A stretch of 64,000 nucleotides of DNA, from the NCBI GenBank assembly GCA_002633005.1, contig NMRA01000053.1:770711-834710 (forward strand), written 5' to 3'. Origin of the DNA: Phoronis australis (Eukaryota > Animalia > Phoronida). This document shows positions 25,701 through 34,851 of the stretch, one piece after another. The notes under the pieces are model-generated. The model saw only the letters and a program-made list of their open reading frames with translations, did no database searches and had not been told where the DNA came from. Made by a program: the position numbers and the translations under genes. Positions within the stretch are counted from its first letter, which is position 1; each line of letters starts with the position of its first letter.

Positions 25701-25761
25701 AACAATGAAAAATGCCATGAGTCCCCAGCCTGGATTTTACAATACTTTGGAATCCTCATGA
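1626..25761 (+). CDS. NPHP3: Nephrocystin-3 (coiled coil, NACHT/STAND-like P-loop region, C-terminal TPR repeats); 25 coding exons, ~1317 aa
   Basis: Spliced translation follows human NPHP3 throughout ([104 protein letters not shown]). All introns GT-AG with consistent phases; exon lengths sum to 3954 nt. Confidence 0.97.
2784..2997 (+). CDS. NPHP3: NPHP3 exon 2
   Basis: [13 protein letters not shown]...[13 protein letters not shown]; donor gtgagt. Confidence 0.93.
2964..3404 (+). repeat. 44-bp tandem array (~10 copies) made of the last 34 nt of exon 2 plus the first 10 nt of intron 2
   Basis: Unit caagagactgagggcggagcttcaggctctgcag|gtgagtcagt; copies at 2964, 3008, 3052, 3096, 3140, 3184, 3228, ~3273, 3317, 3361. 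Confidence 0.95.
3506..3622 (+). CDS. NPHP3: NPHP3 exon 3
   Basis: [39 protein letters not shown]. Confidence 0.93.
3775..5087 (+). mobile_element. Non-autonomous Tc1/mariner(pogo)-like element, left end truncated; same family as 56211-57662
   Basis: Collinear similarity to 56260-57662; right TIR cttattagggcgaatacgg ends at 5087. Confidence 0.85.
5560..5866 (+). CDS. NPHP3: NPHP3 exon 4
   Basis: [14 protein letters not shown]...FKGPEFAH...GPFTNVNK. Confidence 0.94.
6494..6627 (+). CDS. NPHP3: NPHP3 exon 5
   Basis: [10 protein letters not shown]...AEYDCFVK. Confidence 0.9.
6653..7480 (+). mobile_element. Two degenerate HINE/Helentron-like copies (starting ~6653 and ~7294) of the family at 41194-42262
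   Basis: ttattatgtgcccaaat... and tttttatgtgcacacatgttaattatgtggatgcat...gccgtcatctctgt match the family terminus; CCCTAGTGG core motifs at ~7100 and 7237-7250. Confidence 0.7.
7733..7825 (+). CDS. NPHP3: NPHP3 exon 6
   Basis: [31 protein letters not shown]. Confidence 0.88.
8226..8311 (+). CDS. NPHP3: NPHP3 exon 7
   Basis: [28 protein letters not shown]; donor gtaaga. Confidence 0.85.
9419..9508 (+). CDS. NPHP3: NPHP3 exon 8 (copy A)
   Basis: [29 protein letters not shown]; phase 2-2, 90 nt. Confidence 0.85.
9800..10030. other. Assembly gap
   Basis: Run of N. Confidence 1.
10031..10229 (-). CDS. N-terminal fragment of a KolX / P2X7 ballast (Zn-Cys domain)-like transposon accessory protein; start codon uncertain, cut by the gap
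   Basis: ...GGYMCEPEY...[15 protein letters not shown] matches the YxxEP...WCxCxxC signature recalled for this family. Confidence 0.6.
10031..10605 (-). mobile_element. Terminal part of a Kolobok-like DNA transposon inserted at TTAA
   Basis: Minus-strand terminus TTAA|AGGCGAAGGCAACC; the same TTAA is empty at 9382-9385; inward-pointing KolX-like ORF. Confidence 0.7.
10643..10732 (+). CDS. NPHP3: NPHP3 exon 8 (copy B, identical; probably the other haplotype)
   Basis: Same 90-nt exon and splice sites as 9419-9508. Confidence 0.6.
10972..11260. repeat. Degenerate ~42-46-bp minisatellite
   Basis: Repeats of accagtttag(g)acacaatgtggcggaca...aactatatt. Confidence 0.8.
11585..11723 (+). CDS. NPHP3: NPHP3 exon 9
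   Basis: [46 protein letters not shown]. Confidence 0.88.
12144..12329 (+). CDS. NPHP3: NPHP3 exon 10
   Basis: ELGVDL...[11 protein letters not shown]...CELGFEK. Confidence 0.92.
12855..12958 (+). CDS. NPHP3: NPHP3 exon 11 (Walker A region)
   Basis: [35 protein letters not shown]. Confidence 0.94.
13755..13869 (+). CDS. NPHP3: NPHP3 exon 12
   Basis: [38 protein letters not shown]. Confidence 0.92.
14211..14354 (+). CDS. NPHP3: NPHP3 exon 13 (Walker B region)
   Basis: LMQHVSS...DEFPRWLEK...[12 protein letters not shown]. Confidence 0.94.
14717..15000 (+). CDS. NPHP3: NPHP3 exon 14
   Basis: [24 protein letters not shown]...[13 protein letters not shown]. Confidence 0.94.
15710..15848 (+). 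CDS. NPHP3: NPHP3 exon 15
   Basis: [46 protein letters not shown]. Confidence 0.88.
16572..16736 (+). CDS. NPHP3: NPHP3 exon 16
   Basis: [26 protein letters not shown]...GLVVLAHEQ. Confidence 0.92.
17266..17366 (+). CDS. NPHP3: NPHP3 exon 17
   Basis: [33 protein letters not shown]. Confidence 0.88.
17384..17397. promoter_or_regulatory. Consensus RFX X-box
   Basis: GTTACCATGGCAAC, 18 nt into intron 17 of a ciliary gene. Confidence 0.45.
19366..19488 (+). CDS. NPHP3: NPHP3 exon 18
   Basis: [18 protein letters not shown]...[13 protein letters not shown]. Confidence 0.93.
20126..20226 (+). CDS. NPHP3: NPHP3 exon 19
   Basis: [33 protein letters not shown]. Confidence 0.92.
20255..20660. mobile_element. 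MITE with long imperfect TIRs (PIF/Harbinger-like); second copy at ~29290-29833
   Basis: cagttgcatgaaaaggtcccaaatagagactcaac ... gttgagtcttatttgtaactgtttcatgcaactg; shared internal cctaatttaaggac. Confidence 0.65.
21339..21442 (+). CDS. NPHP3: NPHP3 exon 20
   Basis: [34 protein letters not shown]. Confidence 0.92.
21823..22277 (+). CDS. NPHP3: NPHP3 exon 21 (TPR repeats)
   Basis: [24 protein letters not shown]...[15 protein letters not shown]. Confidence 0.96.
22485..22800 (-). mobile_element. Probable 3' end of a CR1/L2-like LINE
   Basis: Minus strand: T-rich UTR, then gagggccccatggaaagcagtgaaaactgatgggaccaccttc hairpin-like segment and AATAAA tail. Confidence 0.4.
23361..23601 (+). CDS. 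NPHP3: NPHP3 exon 22 (TPR)
   Basis: [32 protein letters not shown]...LYKKQ. Confidence 0.96.
23619..23849. mobile_element. 231-bp MITE filling most of intron 22
   Basis: 14-bp TIRs catgcgcgcaccca / tgggtgcgctcatg (1 mismatch); no clear TSD. Confidence 0.65.
23936..24061 (+). CDS. NPHP3: NPHP3 exon 23 (TPR)
   Basis: [10 protein letters not shown]...[18 protein letters not shown]. Confidence 0.95.
24611..24736 (+). CDS. NPHP3: NPHP3 exon 24 (TPR)
   Basis: [42 protein letters not shown]. Confidence 0.95.
25594..25761 (+). CDS. NPHP3: NPHP3 exon 25 (last coding exon)
   Basis: [18 protein letters not shown]...[11 protein letters not shown]...LESS*. Confidence 0.94.
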   Translation, partial: GDYEEAAKLYKRATEIKENEVNKDMSRRSSSADTLSTMKNAMSPQPGFYNTLESS

Positions 25762-27519
25762 TAGTCGGTTGATTTCATGTAATTTTACCCTGGTAAATGC
25801 AAAAGGCTTTACTCTGTGATTCAATAGCAACGCATAGTCGCAAGGTTTTCCAACTGTTATGTATTTATCCATGTTCTATGTAATATTGGGGCCTAAAAAT
25901 CACTAAGTATGGGTTTTCAAGAGCTTCAGATTTTGCGGGTTTATTTCTCTTAAAAAGTCACATAAAAATGAATTTTTAAAGTTATCAGCATTTTGAAGTG
26001 CCACATCTCAGCGAAGATTGAGGCAGGAAATAATGGAAAGGATGGAAATAGTAAAATTTCTAGATCCAATCAATAAGATAAATCCTCATTACCAGTATTC
26101 ACTTTATTTGCATACATAATTTCCCTTTTGTGACTGGTCATTTGCTGTTGCTTTGTGAAGGACTGGCCAATGAAAAACGCACTTATTGGCTTTGCATTGT
26201 GGGATATCGTCTGCTTTGGAAATCATGTCAAGTTCTTGAGAGCAAAATTTCAGTGACGAGGAATTAGGTTACATTTGGAAAATGGGAAAAGGAATTCGCT
26301 GCGTTTTGTCACACTCGGGGGCGCACATTATTGGTATGAATCAGGAACTTGCGAGATATCAAGATTTGCTGGGCCATGGTAAACGTGGTAGAAAATAACC
26401 CAACCCAACAGCAAAAGCCAAAAAGCAGTGACGTGACTTGCTGAGTTTTTAAGTATTGCTACTTTTTTAGTTAGAGACCATTTGAAATTTGAGAATTGTT
26501 GTTTTTGGGTGTATCACACCTTCTGTGCATTGAAATTTAAACTTACTGAAAATCGTACTAGTTTTCACTTGCAAAAGATGGACTCTTAACATAAAGGTTA
26601 CCTATTTTGTGCTAGTTGAGCAGTCATGATTACGCTACTAGCAATATTTCGCGCTTAAAAAAATGCGCTTACGATTGATTTGGTTGGGATCGTACTTAAT
26701 GACCTTTGATAAGAGACGTTGGTGTCTCCTATGTGTCAAAGTTGGAAGGATGATTGAATATTTTGTGCCAATTTCTTCTCGATTGTATTGGAAGAGAGGA
26801 GTAATAAAACACTTACAAATTTGTAACAAACTAACTATTGATTATAGTAGCTGCTCAAGTATAACTCTTGCTTAATTTTAACTAAATGTTGCTAACGGCA
26901 CATTTTGGATTTTTCCTATTGTTGCCTACTTTATACTGTTGAATGAGAATTTTAAATGTGTTGAATATTGAAACTGTTTAAAGTAACTATAATGGACTTC
27001 GAAGGCCAAAGCATTTTGATATGGTTTCAAGCCTACTTTTGGATAGTCATTTTACACAGTCATTTTTATATTCTTTTGTAACCGCACGTATTGGTGATAC
27101 CAGAGATATCCGAAAGAGCCCAGTTTCAGAAATGGTCATTTTCAGGAAAATGTGTTGGACTCTTTCAGTAAGTTTTCTTGCTGCCTACAGCACCCTCATT
27201 CAGTTTGGACTTTCCATATGTTGTACAAGGAATGATTCACTTTGTCAACTGTTTGGTGTCTTCAACATAAAATAATTTAACGTCTCTGTAAAGATAAAAA
27301 TTGAAAAAATATTGACATCTTGCTCGCTTTTTCCACATTCAAAACAATCCAGGGAATCCACGGAGTGCTTTTTCGATTCTTGTTTTTGAAAGAAACCCCA
27401 TGGAGACTTTTCCCAGAAGAGACTCTTTCAGAAATCTCTGCTGCACCACTTTATTGTCAGTTACATAATACCATTTATTACATTTATTATTATTATAGTA
27501 TGTAACTGTTATCAAGTGC

Positions 27520-27525
27520 AATAAA
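27520..27525 (+). terminator. Candidate NPHP3 polyadenylation signal
   Basis: AATAAA ~1.8 kb after the stop, at the end of an AT-rich UTR-like stretch. Confidence 0.35.
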
Positions 27526-28402
27526 TCCTTATTTTATATTTTTGAAACAAAAATCAAACGTTTTACTACACCGTGTCACTCTTTGTGTGTGGGCCACTCA
27601 ACAATAGTGGTCGTATGCAAAAGGCACATTATACCCTTTGCGATACTTTTATTACGGACTTGCCAGTATACAATGGGTTTCGCAATGTTTCTTTCCAAGA
27701 TTTAAAGCAATTTCAGGAAATATGGACTGAAAGGGAAAGGAAGCGTTTTTTGTGTCATTTTTTGTTTATTTACAATTTTTCTAGATAAATTTTTAAGTTA
27801 TTAATATTCTCATCAAATATGCATGCCTCTCTCCGAAGTGGTGTTCACGACTGCATCATTCTCTGCCAGTTTTGTTTGTGCGATGATTCATTGAAGATAA
27901 CTATAGATTGTTTAATATTTTCCAAAAATTGTGGTAGTCGATTGCCCTCGACGAATCCTGGATTGAACTGGAACTCAGCGGAGTGAGATTTCATCATTGT
28001 TTGATCTGCAGTAGACTGGAGAATGGCTGGAGCAGTACACTAACACGAATCACACACACATGGTGAAGCTGTGTTGGTTGCTGGCCTTGGAGATAGTGGT
28101 AGACAAGTACAGTTTGGGCTTGGAACGGGCAACTAGTCTGCGTAGTGACTTAGATTTTTGCTGACGGTTGTAAATCATGGGTGTTGGTCATACACACTAG
28201 TCCTTTTGAAATTGACTTGCAAGGTAAAAGCAGTTATTAGTCATACCACTGATCACCAGGTGGTGACAGTGTGACATTTCAACAGATTTTTTTGGTAGGT
28301 ACCATCATGATCTCCATGTACATGTCCCTTTCGAACATGATAGTTTTGCATCGCTTAAGTGGTGGCATTAACGGACAATGCTGCATTATTGACACAATGA
28401 AT

Positions 28403-28809
28403 GAGCCAACTATAATGGGTCTCATCATCCACTTGTGAACCAACTATGATGGGTCTCCTCATCCACTGGTGAGCCAACTATGATGAGTCTAATCATCCAC
28501 TGGTGATGCAACTAGATGGGTCTCATCACCCACTGGTGAGCCAACTATGATGGGTCTCATCATCCACTGGTGAGCCAACTAGATGGGTCTCACCATCCAC
28601 TCTCTGGTGAGCCAAGTATAATGGGTCGCATCATCCACTGGTGAGCCAACTAGATGGGTCTCATCATTCACTGTTGAGCCAACTATGAACGGTCTCATCA
28701 TCCACTGTTGAGTCGACTATGATGGGTCTCATCATCCACTGGTGAGCCAACTATGATGGGTCTCATCATACATTGGGGAGCCAACTATGATGGTTCACAT
28801 CGTCCATTG
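28403..28809. repeat. 34-bp minisatellite, ~12 copies
   Basis: Unit gagccaactatgatgggtctcatcatccactggt. Confidence 0.95.
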
Positions 28810-29289
28810 CCGGAAATTGGTGAATTGGAACTCCTATACTCTGAAAACATACGACACTTGGCATCCCAGTATGCAACATCATCCAGGCAGATTTTAACTG
28901 TCTTAACTTGTATGATGTACACAATGACGCATCCAATATCAAACACAGTATGGAGTGCATGGAAATGATTTAAGTCAAGAATGGCACTTCCAGAAAGACA
29001 TGTATAACTGCTTAGAGCCATTGAGGAATTATTATTAACTTAAAAAATTATCTAGGATAATCTGAAAATATTATAAATAAGTGAATCAAAAATGGCACTA
29101 AAATAGTTGTCGTGGTTGAGTTTCTTCTATTTTAAAGTGACTTGAGAAAAATTCTCAAATGAAGTATGATCACAAGGACAACAGGAGAGTTAGGCATTGA
29201 AGAATGGTTCTCACTCACCCAACAGGTGGACTTAATGCAATGCTGTTACAATGCAACACATATTTCTATATGAAATGAGACTTCATTGA

Positions 29290-29833
29290 ACCGCAGCATG
29301 AAACGGTCCCTAATAGATTCAACTAAGCTCCCCAAGTCTACTGTGTATTTCTGGGCTTGTGGAAACACCGATTGTCCTTACGCTGTTTGATAGTCGGTAT
29401 CATTGCTAAACAAATTTTGACTTTGCTACAAACTGAGAGTGAACTCTACCGTTGAATTTTCAACGTCATTGAAAGTAAGTAGGAATCTTTTCATGCAGCG
29501 TTCCTAATTTAAGGACCGAGTCCCTAATTATTTTGATTGAATTAAGGGCTCAGGTTTTAATCATATCATAAGAAAATGTCATTAATCAAAGAGCTCATAA
29601 TGGATATAAAATGATTAAAAAACATCAGTGAGTAAAGAATGAAACAAATACGTACAAGACTTAGGGAACTTAGTAGAGTCCCTTACATAGGCGGATTCAG
29701 GGGGGTCATGGGTTCCGGGCCCCCTTTTGCCTTGATTTTGGTGATATCAAAATTTTCAAATTGTCTTGGACACCCCTTTTTAAAAAATCCTGGATCCACC
29801 CCTGATTTGGGACTGTTTCATGCAATCTGCTTC
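29290..29833. mobile_element. Harbinger-like MITE (family of 20255-20660) with a nested 119-bp MITE at 29686-29804
   Basis: gcatgaaacggtccctaatagattcaac ... atttgggactgtttcatgca; nested cataggcggattcagg ... cctggatccacccctg. Confidence 0.65.
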
Positions 29834-32800
29834 GCGAGTCTAAAATCAGAAGTTTTCATCCATATCAACTGCCTGCGAAAAGATCAATTCAAGGAATTCA
29901 CAATACCACAAGGTATGAAAATCTAAGGTCAAAGACATATTTTGTTTTACACTACCACGAGTTATTCATATTATTAAAATTCCACAATTGAAGAAAGGTC
30001 ATGTGATGCTCATTTTTAGAAATGTTCCATATGAGAAATGCTGTTCCTCACATGGAAAGGGGATTTTTACAGGCTAATTATGATAGGTATTTTGGCAAAC
30101 ACTATATTGAAATGCGGTATAATCACAATTACTAAATCTATTGCACATAATTTCAGATGAATTGGGACAAAAATTTGTTGAGACTTAAGATATTCCATGT
30201 GAGAATGCGTTAACAGATTGTTAAACACAACAAAATCCATCGATTTAGGTCATATCCAGACTCCTCATAGCATTCCTGGTCATACCCAGGTGGAACAAAT
30301 GAACAGAAAATATGACTGGACAATAAAGTAATTATATAAACATAATTTATTTTAAGGACGAACAAGCTCAAACGGACAAACATACAAGGAATGCACAAAA
30401 TGTTCCATTTTGGTCTCCTAAGAATTAGCAGTAAAACACTCAAGTCATTGATTTGCAACATTACAACAGACAGGGTCAGATTAAACCCTTGAGTCAAAGT
30501 TACTCTATTGAAAGCAGTTTGTAAATACAAGTCAACACTCCTTAAAACGATATACTTTTTGATTGAAAGAAAGCGTTGAATGTTATTCATGCGTAACATT
30601 TGATATCTCCAGCAGAATTGCAGTATAGCCATGAGACTCTTCCAACACAACACCAATCAAAAAACACGAGGTTTCTGCAAAAACCCACATAAAATTCTTC
30701 AGACCCAAGTGTTCTGAATCACAGAGTGACAGCTTTCTCTGGCATAAAAAAACATAAACGATGCCAGAGATTACAATCTTGGTTAAGCACAAATTATAAT
30801 ACTAAGATGTACAAGATCATAGTACAGCGTGATGGAGGTCATTTCCGAAATATATTTTTTCTCTCAGTCACAGAAGTGACCATTCACTCAACCTGATTTT
30901 GATTATCTTTCAATATATTTGAGACTTGCACACAATTTGTGGATGCAATTCCAACACATAATAGTTAAAACAGAAATTATTAAAGCAAAATTTCACAATT
31001 CAAAACAGGTTTCCTTCAATCACTTCTACTGTTACGAGAAGTATTTTTAGAAAACAACAATGCTCCATATTATAATCTCAAAAAATCAAAATAATAAATC
31101 ACGTCATATGAATTGCTACACTCCTGTGCCTGGGGTCTGACCTTTGAACTCCAAATAGAACCCAAAATAGTTTTTGCCATGTGCCATAGTGAACTTAAGT
31201 TAAATGTCAATTATTCTGAACTCATCGAGTACAAAATGGTTGACATGGGTGACTGTCTAATTCCAGTTTCTACTTGATCATTCCATTATCAAAGCTATAA
31301 CTTGGAGTTTGAACTCGAAATCTCGAGTTTTTACTCTAGTAATCCAAGAAGTCACGAGTGCAAAATAATAGACATTTACGAATGAGTAGAACTGGCAACG
31401 ATAAATTCAAGTTCCGTTTCAAATACAAAGATTAGATCTCAGGTACTGGTGTCATTTACAGAACTTTCAAAACACAACTGTACAAGCACCAATATGCTGT
31501 CCACACCGATACAATGAGTTATGACACCACATGGTTCACCAACACAGTTGCATGTAATTAGCTCTTAGTGTCGTTTCTCTTAAAAGCAAGTTGTCGAGGT
31601 AATAACAAAATTGATAATAAATATGATGAAACACGCCCCCAATTATTCTTGGGTTTGTTATAACTAAAATGGCACAAACTTAGCTCATTATACACCTTAA
31701 GACTTCCTGCCATTAGTAAGGAATACTTGAAGCAGTTACAAACCTGCCTTCCATCACAAAAACAAATTTTGATTCAGACCATCCAATGTTGTGAAATTGA
31801 CCACAAATTGCTTCATAATTTTATGGAAGTGATTTCAGGACTGGGAAACTGAGAGTTCAATATAGATACTATGGTAATCTTAAATTAGACTGATATAACA
31901 ATACTGTCATTCCATCACATGTCAAGTTGCATTTGTTGCACAATGCTGTTGATGTCATGGCAACAATCAAACTTGAGTCTAAAACTTTCACGAAACAGAA
32001 CCCTGGCTCTACAAGTTGGCCTCGTCTCGGTGTGTCATTTTACACACCGGGCACAGCATCAAGAAATAATGAACAATCAGCTAAGTTCAGAAATCATTTC
32101 TCATCTGAGAAAGGAACAAGTTAATGCCAAATCTATGGCAGTAAGTGGTTTAAATCAAAACTTGGCTTCTTGGACAGAATGTCATTTTATGGACTTAATG
32201 GAGGAAAAGGATTTCTTTAAGTCCTGTTCCTACGCAAAAACTCGAATAACTATTGATACAATGCAAGTGCTGAAAATACTACACCAAACAAATTTTTAAT
32301 CATGAGGACTGAAAGAAACATTGATTAAACCAATACCTAATTAGCCCCATAACTTGTCATAGTAACAAAACACAGGGCACACAAACTAGGTATATAACAA
32401 AATAATTATTTCACCTTCTCTGATGTTCATGATTTTAACTTATGACCTAGTAAAACAAAACTGTGGTTTTGGTGTGGGTTAACAAAGCCAACCAAGGTAA
32501 TGCGCAGTTAACAAATCGCTGAAAATTGAAATTTCCATTCATTTTATGACTTGGAAACAATCATGAGCACAAAGTCAATTGAAAGAGTACCAAACCAGGT
32601 TTTCACCTATTTACGAGATATTAAAAACAACATTCCGATTCAGTTCTTGGAAACAAAATAATGTTCTGTAACCCTCGACAACCTTCAAATGTTTCGAGCA
32701 AAATTTGAAAATTCCTTGCACAGTCTACTAAATGGGCAAGCGCTTTAGGCGAGCTGCACGTCAACTGTAGGAAGGAACACCCACCAAGAACCAAAATGTC

Positions 32801-33769
32801 CTACCTGTGACAAAGTACGAGTTTTTATTTGAAACCTGCTTTTATCACTCAAGTGGAACGCCACTGGTGAATTACCAGGTGGCAGAATGAGGGTTGGTTG
32901 AAATCACCAAAGAAGGGTTTAGTGTCCTTTTAAATATTAATGGCTTGTAGGAGTGCATACAGGAGAATGGGACAGCTTTGGTATCAGCTTTTATTTTGAT
33001 GTCATGAAGGAATCTTAAGCAACCCTATGTTTGGCTACAGTTCCACACCCTAGCTCCATCCTAGATCTGTTGCTATGACCAATTTTTGAAATTCGCCAAG
33101 CAAATCCTGAAGTGCACCTAAGGTTTGGCCACTGGTCAACTGCTCACACCCATTTCAGTCACTATACGAACACTCATGTTTGGCCACTATCAGACTACTG
33201 GTCAAGATCCTGAAAACCATGTGAACTTCACCATATGATATTAACACAGTTTGATGACTGAATAAATCAAATTAGACAATACCCCAGATACACAAAAAGT
33301 AAATTTAAATGACACCAAGTCAACGAAACAGACAGCAACATGAGACAAAGATATGTAACAACATTAAAAAAAATTTTGATCTTCGATCAATAACACCCTG
33401 ATTTACGAGTCAGTGGGTCTTTAATATTGTAATCTAAGGTGACATTTCACCAAAGCTAACCCGATGCACTCAAAGAAAGAAACAAACACAAAATAAATAC
33501 AATGTAGTAACAAAACTAGCCCTTCCATCTCAATATTTCTTTTTAGTCGAAATTGCTACAAGTAATCGAACTGATTAACCTGATGACCTACATATGCAAA
33601 TTAGATTTTCATGATTACCAGCAACCTACTCACAGCTTGTTGTAGAATATTGCATGCATAATTACTGTTTAGCGGCAGTCTATAGTAAAACAAGCATGTC
33701 GCATAAGACGACTAGGACACAAGTATTTCTAGACGCATACACAGCAACGTAAATCAAGCACCATGTTGC

Positions 33770-34851
33770 TTACATATTGGTGAACTCGTGCCCTTCATAA
33801 TCTTTTAGAGACAATTTGTCCATACTTGACTCTTCACCGCTACACACGTCACCTTGGTCTGAAGCCTCACAGCCAGCAGTGATGCTCTCCAGGGCACGAA
33901 TTACCGACTGCAGCTCAAGCTCAGGGCTATCTAGGTCAAGGTCGGAACTATGCAGGTCAAGGTCAGACATCTGTGGTAACTGGTGCGAAACTGGCGATTC
34001 GTGGTCAGAACTAATGCTCTTTAGATGGGAATCATTGGACAGTTCATAAGGGACGTCCGCATTATTTAATAACAGTTGAGCATCCGTTACTTCTGCTGTA
34101 GTACCATTTGTGCAAGCAACATTGGATTTGACAAATGATAATTGCGTTCCTGTTGCATCACAGGCATTCCAAGGCCTGGACTGTATATCATTATTTCTGA
34201 CCTTAGGCAGAAAACTCAAGGCAGATGGATTGTGAATGGATGCCAGCAAGTGATCAAAGTCATCCTCAGTCGTACTTGTTCCAAATTCCTCCACATCTTC
34301 TAGCTTTAACTGGATGTTCGATGGCTCAACAAAGTCATCTTTTAAGTCTGGCAGTTCGAAATCACAACTAACACCGGCGCCCTCACACGTGTCATCAGTA
34401 AACTCCAAATTTTGACTATTTTCCTTGCAAAGCATCTTGAAGTCCTTGTTCTTGAACGACTGAGTCTTGTCATGTTCAGACGACACTAGGTTAGTCACGG
34501 ACACATCTTTTATCAGGCCAAAAGTTGAACACCCCAATAAAGATACTTCATTTCCTAGAAGAAATTCCTGGTCATCTTCACACTTAGAGGCATCCACTTC
34601 ACCTTCCAACATTTTGCCCAGCTCATCACAAACTGTCCCCAAATGGTCTAACATGTGATCACTATTGGTCTCTGTCATTGAAACTCCCAAATCTTGAGAA
34701 TGTCCACTAGCGACGTCCGATGCCTTCAGTACCCTACAAGCCGTACTATCTGTTGCGCCAATGTTGGCACTAGCACACAAACTACTGGGTTGTTCTTCAA
34801 TATCATTATCATCATCTGCAGTCAAAAGTTGTTCAGCAGGCTCAGCCTCAG
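33770..34851 (-). CDS. ANKIB1: ANKIB1 last coding exon (acidic, low-complexity tail)
   Basis: Acceptor tttcag ending at 34852; lies in the 402-aa ORF frame; phase 1 fits the previous exon. Confidence 0.85.

Noticed and set aside
28403-28809. CRISPR-like look of the 34-49-bp repeat arrays
   Set aside because: Units are head-to-tail with no unique spacers, there are no cas genes, and the context is eukaryotic
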